Part shown: positions 29,786 to 40,049 of the stretch, piece after piece
How the letters are laid out: each line of letters begins with the position of its first letter
Position numbering within the stretch: the stretch's first letter is position 1
Assembly: GCA_030550585.1 (NCBI GenBank)
Contig: JAUQPB010000003.1
Span: forward strand, 100,333 to 164,332
DNA length: 64,000 bases
Direction: 5' to 3'
Source: Thermoproteota archaeon
GTDB lineage: Archaea; Thermoproteota; Thermoprotei_A; Sulfolobales; Ignisphaeraceae
Notes under the pieces: model-generated
What the model was told of the DNA's origin: nothing
What the model saw: the letters and a program-made list of their open reading frames with translations, nothing else
Database searches by the model: none
Translations under genes and position numbers: made by a program

Positions 29786-31177
29786 ATGGTAGGAGGCTTT
29801 ATGAAGATTAATGAAAATGATGTAGATAAAGCCATATCTTCTTTAACATCGGCATACATGGCTAAGACAAAAAGAAGTAGAGAGCTGTTCGAATATGCGC
29901 AAAGGGTGTTGCCTGGAGGTGCAACATATCATATCAGATACTTTTCTCCTTACCCCCTTTATATGTCGAAGGCTAAGGGCTCGAAGATCTGGGATGTTGA
30001 TGGCAATGAATATGATGATTATTGGATGGGACATGGAGCACATATACTGGGTCACGCCCCCGATTTTGTTGTTGAAGCTGTTAATGAGGTCTCAAGAAGT
30101 GGCACTCACCTGGGTTTTGAAAATGAGTATGCCGTTAGATATGCAGAGCTTCTGACGAGGGTTATACCCAATGCTGAGATGGTGCGTTTTTGCAATAGTG
30201 GCACCGAGGCCAACATGTATGCTGTTAGACTTGCTCGTGCATATACCAAGAGGAGATACATTGTCAAGATAGAAGGTGGATGGCACGGATCTCTTGACCA
30301 GTTACACGTGGCCCTTACACCTCCATTCCATGGTGCAGAGTCTCTAGGTATTCTTGAAGAGTTTATCAAATACACCATTGCCGTTCCATACAATGACTTG
30401 GACAAGCTTGAAAATACACTTAGAAATTTTGATGTGGCTGCAATTCTAATTGAGCCAGTTCCAGGCTCTGGCGGATGCATAGAGCCCGAGCCAAACTATT
30501 TGAAGGAGGTTAGAAGACTTGCAGATGCCTATGGAGCGTTACTAATATTTGATGAAGTTATAACCGGTTTTAGACTTGCTTTGGGAGGAGCCCAAGAGTA
30601 TTTCAATGTAAAAGCTGATTTAGTTGTTTTGGGAAAGATCGTCGGCGGTGGATACCCTGGGGCAGGCGCTTTTGCAGGGCCTAGCGAATATATGGAGCTA
30701 TTGAATCATCTGAAATATCCAAATCCCCGTCAGAGGGTTTTCCATGGAGGTACATTCACAGGTAATACAATCTCTATGGTCGCAGGCTATACAACCATTA
30801 AATACCTATACGAGAACAGGCACCTATATGATGAATTCAATTATAGATGGAGTTCAACAGCCAAAAAACTCGACGAAGTTTGTCAAGAGTTCAACAGAAT
30901 TTGTTGGATAACTTCCGTAGGAAGCATGATTGGCATACACTTCACATCGAGTAAACCACGAAACATTGCTGAGGCATATATGAATAGATTAAGTGAAAAA
31001 ATATACAAAGCGCTGCATATGTACATGATAGTCAATGGCATTGTGTATATGACTGCTAACATGCCTCATTTAATGCCATCAATTGTCCACACAGAAGAAC
31101 AGGCTAAAAGACTTGTAGCAACATTTACACAATTTCTATCATATATAACGAATTATGTAAAGATGTCAACTTCATAA
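29786..31177 (+). CDS. Glutamate-1-semialdehyde aminomutase-like class III aminotransferase
   Basis: NSGTEA, GGWHG, FDEVITGFR, GKIVGGG, HGGTFTGN. Confidence 0.85.
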   Translation: MVGGFMKINENDVDKAISSLTSAYMAKTKRSRELFEYAQRVLPGGATYHIRYFSPYPLYMSKAKGSKIWDVDGNEYDDYWMGHGAHILGHAPDFVVEAVNEVSRSGTHLGFENEYAVRYAELLTRVIPNAEMVRFCNSGTEANMYAVRLARAYTKRRYIVKIEGGWHGSLDQLHVALTPPFHGAESLGILEEFIKYTIAVPYNDLDKLENTLRNFDVAAILIEPVPGSGGCIEPEPNYLKEVRRLADAYGALLIFDEVITGFRLALGGAQEYFNVKADLVVLGKIVGGGYPGAGAFAGPSEYMELLNHLKYPNPRQRVFHGGTFTGNTISMVAGYTTIKYLYENRHLYDEFNYRWSSTAKKLDEVCQEFNRICWITSVGSMIGIHFTSSKPRNIAEAYMNRLSEKIYKALHMYMIVNGIVYMTANMPHLMPSIVHTEEQAKRLVATFTQFLSYITNYVKMSTS

Positions 31178-31219
31178 ACATATTTGATCATTTGCTATAA
31201 TATTGCCACAACATTTAGG

Positions 31220-31307
31220 TGGTGCGGGGGGTGGGATTTGAACCCACGCAGGCCTACGCCATCGGGGCCTAAGCCCGACCCCTTTGACCTGGCTCGGGCA
31301 CCCCCGC
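31220..31307 (-). tRNA. tRNA-Leu(UAG)
   Basis: Same body as tRNA at 4498-4585, anticodon loop CTTAGGC; CCA encoded; no intron. Confidence 0.97.
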
Positions 31308-31374
31308 ACAAATCTCAGTATACTTTCTAAACAGTGTTTGAGGTTAATAATTTTTGTTGTGTATCACACAAATG

Positions 31375-31692
31375 CTATGATTCCATCAATTGAAATTCTA
31401 TGATATATACTACCGGATCTGAATAAACTCTTTTACTGCCATATATTTTTGCAAGAGCCTTCAACAGCTCTTCTCTGGTGTTGAATCCATCAGCCTTTAT
31501 TTCGTCATCTGAAAGCTCGCTCAATTTTTTCTTCTGAACCTTCTTAACAATAGCCTTTCCTATTCTCACATGACCAACATAAACCTCTACAATTTCATTT
31601 TCTCTCAAATCGGTTGACAATCTTATTGTTGTTCTCTTTTCACCTGAAAGTATCTTTCCAGCATAATCAAGTTTGAATACAAGTTTCTTCAT
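31375..31692 (-). CDS. ASCH domain protein
   Basis: ILSGEKRTTIR, ADGF, VYIIEF. Confidence 0.88.
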   Translation of the reverse strand: MKKLVFKLDYAGKILSGEKRTTIRLSTDLRENEIVEVYVGHVRIGKAIVKKVQKKKLSELSDDEIKADGFNTREELLKALAKIYGSKRVYSDPVVYIIEFQLMES

Positions 31693-31720
31693 CTCTATTC
31701 ACATTGCTGCACTTCAAAAA

Positions 31721-32209
31721 CTATTCTTCAGAAACCTCTTCACCTATTTCCTCAGGCAATTTGACTATCAAAAAGCCTTCTCGAAGTATTTTAACAAGAT
31801 CTCTCCTTGTTATTTCCTCAACCACTTCTCTAAACCCATCGAGTGGATTCTCAGATCTTATCTTCACATCAAGCTTCTTAGCAAGGTTCTTAACAGCCGT
31901 TAAACATCTTTCTCTTGCAATGCATACATCACATCTGCAGTACTCTCCTTTGACAAATGCAAACCCTATGGTTTCATCAACAAATCCCCCCTTATTAGGA
32001 AATATTATCATTCTAATAGACCCTCTCTCATCGATGTCAACATCATAAACTAGAAATAATCGTGCAGCGACATAGAAACGCCCATCTCTATACATGATTA
32101 GACCATTTCTTTTGAGATTATTCAAATGCCTGTATATCGCTGTTCTTGAGATGCCAAGTGAAGATGCTATTTCAGCTGCCGTGGTAATGCCTCGTGCCAT
32201 TAGAGACAT
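31721..32209 (-). CDS. ArsR-like wHTH transcription regulator with Cys cluster
   Basis: TAAEIASSLGISRTAIYRHLNNL; CRCDVC..RC; frame stays open upstream to ~32398. Confidence 0.8.
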   Translation of the reverse strand: MSLMARGITTAAEIASSLGISRTAIYRHLNNLKRNGLIMYRDGRFYVAARLFLVYDVDIDERGSIRMIIFPNKGGFVDETIGFAFVKGEYCRCDVCIARERCLTAVKNLAKKLDVKIRSENPLDGFREVVEEITRRDLVKILREGFLIVKLPEEIGEEVSEE

Positions 32210-32464
32210 TATTGCACATCTAATCTCATTTTTTATACAGTTCTCAAAGGTTCTATAGTTTACTAATCTAACAATATCTATCTCAGGATAATTTGATGGT
32301 AGCGATAGAGATAGTATCCTTTGTGTATAATCGTGAAGAGCTTTTATATTTAGCCACCCACAGTATGTTATGTTTAGAGGCCATAAATTTAAATATCTTT
32401 ATACCAATCAGCAACAGGCAGATCTTGAACTAATTCCAAATTCTCGCCAAACCTTAGAAAAAAG

Positions 32465-33232
32465 TCATATTGGAATTCCCACATCTTTCAAAATCCTACG
32501 AAAATTTTTCCATATAACCTCTCTAACAATCTCCACATCAACATTCTTGATGCTGGCAATAGTGGAAACAAGCTCGGGTATCATGCTGGGCCCCAGCAAC
32601 AATCCCCTGTATCTGTAAGGCCCATCAGATTCCGTCACAATATTCTCCAATGGCGCATTTCTAATCACATCCAGATGCTTTCTCTGTATTTTTGCAGCCA
32701 CATTAATTCCTATGTAGTAGCCATTATCGATAATTTCTTTTAGAAGCTCTATTGGCCCTGTGTACCAGTGAAATATGGCCACCTTTATATCGTTTTTCCT
32801 TACAACCTCTAGTGCCTCCTTCCATGCATCTGGTGCATGGATAGATAAGCCCATATTATTTCTCTGAGCAATTTCAACAAATCTTGCAAATAGCTGGTAC
32901 TGCACATCAAATGTGTTGGAAACGAATCTTTTATCTAACCCTATTTCGCCAAAGAATCTAACATTGCTCTTCTTTATCACATTTTCAAAGAACTCCATAT
33001 CGATACCTTCTAAGCTCTTTATATTCCATGGATGGTAACCCACAGCTGGAACAACATTTTGGCACCTCCCTGCAATCTCCACAGTTTTCACACTACTTTC
33101 AACATCATCTGAAACAGCTAGAAACACATAGTTGCCGGCGCAAAGATTTTCTATATCTTTATCATATTCATATAAATGTATATGAGAATCTACAAAAGGT
33201 ATGGACAGATCTCCTTGACCAACCATATACAT
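32465..33232 (-). CDS. tatD: TatD family hydrolase
   Basis: DSHIH, GYHP, GEIGLD, IH, FHWYTG, ESDGPY. Confidence 0.92.
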   Translation of the reverse strand: MYMVGQGDLSIPFVDSHIHLYEYDKDIENLCAGNYVFLAVSDDVESSVKTVEIAGRCQNVVPAVGYHPWNIKSLEGIDMEFFENVIKKSNVRFFGEIGLDKRFVSNTFDVQYQLFARFVEIAQRNNMGLSIHAPDAWKEALEVVRKNDIKVAIFHWYTGPIELLKEIIDNGYYIGINVAAKIQRKHLDVIRNAPLENIVTESDGPYRYRGLLLGPSMIPELVSTIASIKNVDVEIVREVIWKNFRRILKDVGIPI

Positions 33233-33253
33233 TATCCCCTTTGATCATGCAAA

Positions 33254-34390
33254 CTATTTCAATGCATTCTCTAAAACAAACTTTCTAATCTGATCTTGCC
33301 TGACATGTATAAACTCTGTAAAGTTTTCAAGTGGTATATAAACAAATCTATCCAGCTTATATGTTGGATGAACCCTTCCAGCTATATTGATTTTATATCC
33401 GCAAAACGGACATCTCATATCCTGCGTCAGATTGACCTCTAAAATATCAAATCCAAATCTTCTTATCAATACCCTTCCACAGCTTGGGCAATAGGTGCTC
33501 TCTAGTTTGTGTCCCGGCACATTACCTAGATAAACATATTTCAGACCCTCATCTTTTGCCGCCTGAGCATGTTTTTCAAGAATTGTAAGAGGTGTGGATG
33601 GCACATCCAAAAGTTTGTAATCTGGATGGAACTTGAGGAAATGTACAGGGGTTTCAGGACCAAGGTTCTCTACAATCCATCTAGACAGCTTTCTAGCCTT
33701 TTCAATATCATCTCCATATTTTGGCACAACAAGATCTGTTACCTCTATGAATACCCCCTTTCTCTTTAGCTCTGCCATAGCATTGAACACTGGTTCAATA
33801 TCTGGAACGAGGCTGAACTTTCTTGCAAATTCTTTATCGCCATTACCCTTTAAATCAACTGTAGCCGCATCAATAAATTTTGAGACTAAGTCTATGGTAT
33901 CATCTGTCATATAACCGTTTGTCACCATAGTGTTGAACAACCCCTGTTTCTTGGCCAAAACCCCTATGTCATAGGCATATTCTATGAAGACTACAGGCTC
34001 GTTATATGTATATGTAATCCCTTGGGCACCGTAGCTAAGCGCAAGCTCAACCGCAAGCTCTGGCTGTAGTCTCCAGCCGGCTATGACCCTTCTCTGGCTA
34101 ATATCCCAGTTCTGACAAAAGCTACAGGCCCAGCTACACCCAGTTGTGGACAGAGAGAACACCATTGAGCCAGGGTTAAAATGATAAAGAGGCTTTTTCT
34201 CTATGGGATCAACAGCAACAGCTATGGCAAGTCCGTGGGACACTAGATAGAGCTTTCCATCGAAGTTCCATCTAATTCCGCAGAATCCATATTGACCATC
34301 CCCTAATTTGCATCTTCTCGGACAAGCTGTGCATTCCACAATCTTTTTCTGGGCGTCGATAACTCTGTAAAGCATAGCTTCCTTGGGCAT
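33254..34390 (-). CDS. AmmeMemoRadiSam-type radical SAM enzyme (AmrS/PflA-like)
   Basis: CTACPRRC..G.CG.R, DPIEKKPLYHF, GCSWACSFCQNW.ISQ, TYNEP, CPSCG. Confidence 0.88.
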   Translation of the reverse strand: MPKEAMLYRVIDAQKKIVECTACPRRCKLGDGQYGFCGIRWNFDGKLYLVSHGLAIAVAVDPIEKKPLYHFNPGSMVFSLSTTGCSWACSFCQNWDISQRRVIAGWRLQPELAVELALSYGAQGITYTYNEPVVFIEYAYDIGVLAKKQGLFNTMVTNGYMTDDTIDLVSKFIDAATVDLKGNGDKEFARKFSLVPDIEPVFNAMAELKRKGVFIEVTDLVVPKYGDDIEKARKLSRWIVENLGPETPVHFLKFHPDYKLLDVPSTPLTILEKHAQAAKDEGLKYVYLGNVPGHKLESTYCPSCGRVLIRRFGFDILEVNLTQDMRCPFCGYKINIAGRVHPTYKLDRFVYIPLENFTEFIHVRQDQIRKFVLENALK

Positions 34391-34495
34391 ATATCAACAC
34401 ATCTATTGATCCAACTCCTATAAAAATTTAGATAGACTAATATGCTTAGCTGATTTTTCTGAGAAGATAAAACATATTATTTTGGTTTAAAGTAG

Positions 34496-35653
34496 CTATA
34501 GAGCAGATTTCACTATATCTCTTACTATATCGGCTGTTAATGGGAATGGGGAGTTGCTATGCAGGTAGCCGAGTCTTGTTAATGTGTATTCAATTATCTT
34601 TTCTATATCCCTTTCTGTAAAACCGTAGTCGCTCAGCCTCTCACTGAATCCTACTTCTTGTTGGAACCTCTCAACAGCTTTCTGAGCTTTTTCAGCGTCT
34701 TCAGCTATGGGCTTTATTGTTGGATCTAGGATTTTCAGTATGGTGGCGGAGTACTCTGGAACAGCTTTATGTGTGTAAAAAGCTGATCTGGGTCCAAGCA
34801 ATGCAAGACCGCAGGCATGTGCTAACTTTGGCTGTAGGCCGCTGAGGGCGTGCTCTATCGCATGTATTATGTGTGTTGACCCAGAGTCTATCGCTATTCC
34901 AGCAATCATTGAGGCGTATAACAGCTTTTCTCTTAGCTCAATATTTCTTAAATCGTTAACAAGCTTTGGAAGATTTTCTGCTATTAGCGCTGTAGCCTCT
35001 TTTGCAAGAGTTTCTATGAGCAAGCTTCTAACTTTTGAGGTTGCAGATTCGTAAACATGGTAGAACGCGTCTAGCGATGTGTATATTGTCTGTCTCCTAT
35101 CGAGTGTGAGTGTATATCGAGGGTCATCTATGGAAACCTCTGGATACTTGGGGCTCAGCCCATGCTTTTCCCTAGTATCGTCAAGCGTCACCACAGCATA
35201 TCTATCAATTTCTGTTCCAGTGCCATGGGTAAGGTTTATAGCAAGAAGTGGAACACTCCTCTTAGGCTTTCTAACACCTTCCACATACTCCTTAACACTT
35301 CCACCACTTAACGCTATTACAGATGCCACCTTCGCTGTATCGATGGGGCTACCCCCGCCAATTGCTATGACAAGATCTGCTCCTTCGCTCCATATTACCT
35401 TTGCCAGCTCCTCTGCCTGGCTTGCCCACGGATTTGCAGATATATTATCGTAGATTACATAGCTTATTCCGAATTCCTTCAAAATCTTTTCAACGTCTCC
35501 CAGAGCTCCGCTGATTCTTGCTGACGTTTTTCCAGTTGCTATAACAACTTTCTCGTGTTTGGATATGAAATCCTTTGCGTTTTCTAGTGCATTAACCCCG
35601 AAATATAGTGTTGTTGAGGCATATCTTAATGTGAAGACCATAAGTATCGCCAC
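34496..35653 (-). CDS. Iron-containing alcohol dehydrogenase
   Basis: GGGSPID, THGTGTE, DAFYH, H.IEHALS, HACG. Confidence 0.92.
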   Translation of the reverse strand: MAILMVFTLRYASTTLYFGVNALENAKDFISKHEKVVIATGKTSARISGALGDVEKILKEFGISYVIYDNISANPWASQAEELAKVIWSEGADLVIAIGGGSPIDTAKVASVIALSGGSVKEYVEGVRKPKRSVPLLAINLTHGTGTEIDRYAVVTLDDTREKHGLSPKYPEVSIDDPRYTLTLDRRQTIYTSLDAFYHVYESATSKVRSLLIETLAKEATALIAENLPKLVNDLRNIELREKLLYASMIAGIAIDSGSTHIIHAIEHALSGLQPKLAHACGLALLGPRSAFYTHKAVPEYSATILKILDPTIKPIAEDAEKAQKAVERFQQEVGFSERLSDYGFTERDIEKIIEYTLTRLGYLHSNSPFPLTADIVRDIVKSAL

Positions 35654-35740
35654 AGTCTAAGAATTGTTGAATAATATATTTAAATTTTGTGTAGATGACT
35701 ATAGGCTTTTGAAGATGGTTTTGCTATAATATTTGTCTTT

Positions 35741-36196
35741 CTAGCAAGAGTTTTTTATCATTAGATAGCCATCCTCGCCATCAAGATAGTACTTCTTCAA
35801 AATTGCTTCTATTCTATATCCAAGAGATTTATAAAGATTTATCGCATTTGTATTGCTAACTCTAACCTCTAGCCGATACTTGCATATATTGAATAGAGTG
35901 CGCATAGCATTCTCTATTGTTTCCATCAATCTCTTTCCAATACCTCTCCCTCTATATCTTTGGCCAACACATATCGAGACTATGTGACCAAAACCATCAA
36001 TTCTTATCATACCTGACACATATCCTACTATGGTTTTAGTATCGCTATCCTCAGCCACAAAAAACAACTCTGGATAAAGTTCATAGAGCATTCTTAGAAC
36101 AATCTCTGGGTATGGATCTCTAAAACATTCTTTCTCTAATTCGTAAACACTTCCTATATCATTCCTCTCAGCCCTTCTAATCAATATCATTATCAA
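35741..36196 (-). CDS. RimI-like GNAT acetyltransferase
   Basis: GHIVSI.V...RGRGIG, LEVRVSN..AI.LY, YYLDGEDG. Confidence 0.9.
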   Translation of the reverse strand: MIMILIRRAERNDIGSVYELEKECFRDPYPEIVLRMLYELYPELFFVAEDSDTKTIVGYVSGMIRIDGFGHIVSICVGQRYRGRGIGKRLMETIENAMRTLFNICKYRLEVRVSNTNAINLYKSLGYRIEAILKKYYLDGEDGYLMIKNSC

Positions 36197-37407
36197 CCAC
36201 TTAACAGAATGTATGTCGATATTCCAGTTGCAATAGCAATCACAATAACGTTTGCAATATCCAAAAGCCTCTTGTCTACAACAAGCCTTAGCCTATTCGT
36301 ATTCGGTATGATGGATGATAGAAGCACAGAGCCATCTGTAATGAAGAGTGGTATTGCATTGAACACATAGAGGCTTAGATTAACCATTACCACGAAATTA
36401 ATGTAATTCAGAATATCAACTAGCATTGGGTTGTTATAGGGAGCCCCACCTTTCAATACCACCAAGCTATTCTCCATTGACACACCTATACATGGTGTAT
36501 TATTGCCAAGCTTCTTGTTATATGCGTCCATAACCACTGAAACATTTTTGCAGATGCCATTTCTACATATAGTAAATGTTACATTATCTCCGACCTTAAG
36601 CCTCTTCAGTATATTGCTAACTTCATCGACACTTCTTATTAATGTGCCATTAATAGAGTAGAGTATATCACCTCCTCTAAGACCAATTTTTTCTGCTGGA
36701 CACACAGCATTGCTGCATATACTACAATCGACTGATGTAACAGTAACAGCTTGAGAAAATGAGATGCCGGTAAATGGCAATAATGCTATTAATGCTATGC
36801 CTATCAAAGCTATTATGGCATTTGCTAATGGGCCTGCCGAGGCTATCAACGCTTTTGTCGATGGCGATGCGCTCTTAAAGGAATCGTCGTCTAGTTCAAC
36901 AAAAGCCAATGGTATTAAAAAGGCTATTCCAATCCCCCAGCTCCTAATATCGACACCTTCTCTCAGAGCGGCAAATGCATGGGCAAGCTCGTGGAATACA
37001 GCTCCAATTGCTATGGATATCACTAGATACTTTAATATTGATGTGAATGTGAATAATATTGGAACAGGGACTGCAACAGGTTGTGGGGGATTGTTTGAGG
37101 CTCCTGCTGAGAACATGATAAAGTCCCTGATCATTCTAATAAATATTGGGACGAAAAATATGTAGAATAGAGCCATACCCACAAACATTGATAAGATCAC
37201 TGCAATTCTTATCGGTTTTATAACTGGCGACTTTCTACTGGACTTAACTTCTTTTCCGATGTAAAGCAAAAAACCTCCGAGAACGAGCTTGGCTCTTGCC
37301 GATCCTAGTCTAGCCTCTTTATCTCCAAAGAAAATGGGTAAGACAGTGAATATTATTATCCATGCTAACATTATATATAGCATTGCCTCCAATTGGAGCC
37401 CCCTCAA
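36193..37407 (-). CDS. Site-2 (M50) membrane zinc metalloprotease with PDZ domain
   Basis: HELAH, AGPLAN, PAEKIGLRGGDILYSING (PDZ), NAIP..TDG. Confidence 0.9.
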   Translation of the reverse strand: MRGLQLEAMLYIMLAWIIIFTVLPIFFGDKEARLGSARAKLVLGGFLLYIGKEVKSSRKSPVIKPIRIAVILSMFVGMALFYIFFVPIFIRMIRDFIMFSAGASNNPPQPVAVPVPILFTFTSILKYLVISIAIGAVFHELAHAFAALREGVDIRSWGIGIAFLIPLAFVELDDDSFKSASPSTKALIASAGPLANAIIALIGIALIALLPFTGISFSQAVTVTSVDCSICSNAVCPAEKIGLRGGDILYSINGTLIRSVDEVSNILKRLKVGDNVTFTICRNGICKNVSVVMDAYNKKLGNNTPCIGVSMENSLVVLKGGAPYNNPMLVDILNYINFVVMVNLSLYVFNAIPLFITDGSVLLSSIIPNTNRLRLVVDKRLLDIANVIVIAIATGISTYILLSG

Positions 37408-37503
37408 ACAGCTTCAACAATGGTTAGGTATAAATTCTCCCTAGTTTTAAACACTAATTAGCTTGTTACACACATTAAATATTGTGTCAAATACGATTAA
37501 ACA

Positions 37504-38235
37504 TTGCTGTGGTCTAATGAAATGTCCTATGGTTACAGGAGAAGGGTTGTATATGATGAGAGTAGGTGGAATATTCTTAGGAAAAAGAGGTTTTCAGCAA
37601 TAAAAATATTGAAGGCCCTTTCCTCTTGTGGGATAATAAACCCTATTGTTCATGGCAGCGTTGCTAGAGGGGATGTTAATGAACACAGCGATGTTGACGT
37701 TGCTTTGCTTAGACCATATCCACCTAGTCTGCTAGAACTGTGTATTGAGAGACAGGGCTACAGCATATACAGCAAGAAAATTGTTATGCCAACGCCCATC
37801 CACACACCCAAGCTATACATCTATCTTGATCCATTCGAAGAGCTCGTCATTTCAGATCCACTTGCAGAATTGCTTCCAATTGAGGTAGAGTTTTACAAAT
37901 TTAGCGGAATGGTCGAATACAATGATCTTTTGAGAGATGTTAGAGTGGCAGGTGTTGATAAGAGACTCATGCTTATAGAGCCTGTTGAAGATGGCCATGT
38001 AGAGACCCCTGTTGTAGGTAACGAGGGCTATGTTGCAAAGAGGTTGGGGGTGTCTATGGAGGTTGTTCTTGATAGAGTAGAGGCGTTGACAAAGAGGGTT
38101 AGAGAGGGTCACACAGGTCTTTTCATCGAGTATGAGGTGCCGATCAACACAGAGACGGAGGCTTATGTAGAGGCTCTCTGCAAGGAAAATAGTCTATTTA
38201 GAGATAGGGTGAGAGACTATGGACTCTGTATATAG
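37504..38235 (+). CDS. Pol-beta superfamily nucleotidyltransferase (conserved archaeal family)
   Basis: HGSVARGDV...SDVD, GVDKRL, GHTG. Confidence 0.85.
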   Translation: MLWSNEMSYGYRRRVVYDESRWNILRKKRFSAIKILKALSSCGIINPIVHGSVARGDVNEHSDVDVALLRPYPPSLLELCIERQGYSIYSKKIVMPTPIHTPKLYIYLDPFEELVISDPLAELLPIEVEFYKFSGMVEYNDLLRDVRVAGVDKRLMLIEPVEDGHVETPVVGNEGYVAKRLGVSMEVVLDRVEALTKRVREGHTGLFIEYEVPINTETEAYVEALCKENSLFRDRVRDYGLCI

Positions 38236-39130
38236 AGTAGAGGGAAATGATGTTATTGGCTATTGGTACAGGGGGCTCTCGAGGGGCTGTAGACTTTGTA
38301 TGAAAGGATCTAAAATAGTTATATTTGTAACAGGTATTTGTGGTGTGGACTGTTACTACTGTCCAATTAGCAGAGAGCGAAGATCTTCAGAAGCTTTTTA
38401 TGTAGATGAAGAGAAAATCCATGAAATAACCACGATCATAGATGAGGCATCTTTTGTGAGAGCTGAGGGCGCATCTATAACAGGTGGCGAGCCTATGCAG
38501 AGATACGACCTCACAATCAAGATTATCCAGCTACTTAAAGACACATTTGGTCAAAGCTTCCACATGCATCTCTACACATCGGGTCTCGGTGCAACAAAAA
38601 ACGCTATAAAGTACCTCGATGTGGTGGGCCTTGATGAGATAAGGTTTCACATAGTTAACGATTCCATATGGAAACTCATCGAATATGCTGTAAAGAATAC
38701 TGCAATGGATGTTGGGATAGAGATTCCAGCTATACCCGGAAATGATGAGGAGATCTGGAGAATTGTGCTAAGAGCTGATAGAATTGGTGTTAAATTCATC
38801 AACTTGAATGAGATGGAGGTTAGCGAGACTAACCTAGATAGAATTCTGTTTAGAGGGTATAGGATAGCAGAAAATGGGAAAACGGTTGTTGGAAGTATGG
38901 AGACAGCTAAGAGAATCTTAGCTAAGGCAATACAAAACGGCATATCCATCCCAATCCATTTATGTCCAGCACAATTCAAGGACTCAATTCAGCAAAGAGC
39001 TAGAATGCTTAGAAAAGCTAGAATGTGTGCCAACATAGATGATAAGGTTACAGAGGATGGTATGATAATTAGAGGCGATGAAGAGATGGAGCCACGGTTA
39101 GATGTTTGTGCACCTCTACTTAGACATTAG
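38219..39130 (+). CDS. Radical SAM protein (conserved archaeal family)
   Basis: GC.LC.KG.K, CGVDCYYCP, TGGEP, LDEIRFH, NLNEME. Confidence 0.88.
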   Translation: MDSVYRVEGNDVIGYWYRGLSRGCRLCMKGSKIVIFVTGICGVDCYYCPISRERRSSEAFYVDEEKIHEITTIIDEASFVRAEGASITGGEPMQRYDLTIKIIQLLKDTFGQSFHMHLYTSGLGATKNAIKYLDVVGLDEIRFHIVNDSIWKLIEYAVKNTAMDVGIEIPAIPGNDEEIWRIVLRADRIGVKFINLNEMEVSETNLDRILFRGYRIAENGKTVVGSMETAKRILAKAIQNGISIPIHLCPAQFKDSIQQRARMLRKARMCANIDDKVTEDGMIIRGDEEMEPRLDVCAPLLRH

Positions 39131-39146
39131 ACCGAAGCCCATAACC

Positions 39147-39929
39147 CTACTCACATAGAAACTGTTTTATAGCATCATAATTTATCTTAACATATCTCTC
39201 CAGACTTCCAACATCATACCAAACACCTCTGTAAATATAGGCCTTTACCTTATGCCCCCTCTTAATAATCCATGGTACTAGATCGCCCATTATATCAAAT
39301 GACTTCCCCAAAGAATTTTCAACATTCTTCAGTATCTGGGACTCCAACACCATCACACCTATTGAAACATACAGGTTTAGCCACGGCTTTTCAACCAACT
39401 CTACAACATTGTCTTCATCGCCGACCCTGGCAACGCCAACAGGCACTTGATATCTGTCAGCAAGAACTACTGTAGCATCCGATTCTCTATTTCTATGAAA
39501 GGATAGTAGATCATAGATGTTAATAGGCGCTATTATATCTCCATACCAAACAAGGATCGTGTTATCCTTAAACAAACCATTTTTGAATGCTTTTAAGAGT
39601 GCACCTCCAGTCCCATGATACTCTTCATCATCTAGACTATATCTAATTGAAACTCCATGTCTAGACCCATCACCAAAATAGTTTCTTATCTGCTTCCACT
39701 TGTATCCAACAAGAAGAACAAACTCTTTTATGCCAAACCTCTTAAGCCAGCAAATTATGTGCTCCAGAAGAGGTTTTTCTTCGCAGCCAATGGGAAACAT
39801 CGGCTTGGGGACAATTTCTGTGTATGGCCTAAGCCTTGTTCCCTCACCACCAGCCAAAATGACAGCAACGACATTCTCCTGACCTATCGGATGCATAAAA
39901 ACCACTAAATAACATTGTCTACAACACAA
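39147..39929 (-). CDS. Sugar-phosphate nucleotidyltransferase (NTP_transferase)
   Basis: ILAGGEGTRLRP..PKP, GTGGAL, YGDI, EKP, WYDVG. Confidence 0.9.
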   Translation of the reverse strand: MCCRQCYLVVFMHPIGQENVVAVILAGGEGTRLRPYTEIVPKPMFPIGCEEKPLLEHIICWLKRFGIKEFVLLVGYKWKQIRNYFGDGSRHGVSIRYSLDDEEYHGTGGALLKAFKNGLFKDNTILVWYGDIIAPINIYDLLSFHRNRESDATVVLADRYQVPVGVARVGDEDNVVELVEKPWLNLYVSIGVMVLESQILKNVENSLGKSFDIMGDLVPWIIKRGHKVKAYIYRGVWYDVGSLERYVKINYDAIKQFLCE

Positions 39930-40049
39930 CTATTCTTATAGTTAACGTTAACATAACTATATAAAGCTTTTGGTTATCCCAAAACATTATATTGAAGCTT
40001 TTATTCAAAGTTTTTATATCCACTCTTGAATTACTGTTAACAGCCTAGA

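Noticed and set aside
29786-31177. Firm hemL assignment
   Set aside because: Family motifs are present, but no tetrapyrrole genes are nearby and specificity cannot be determined by eye.
4498-31307. Integrated element bounded by tRNA-Leu direct repeats (attL/attR)
   Set aside because: Both copies are complete tRNAs with different anticodons, the interval holds core genes (hmgS, nep1, apgM, lhr), and there is no integrase.
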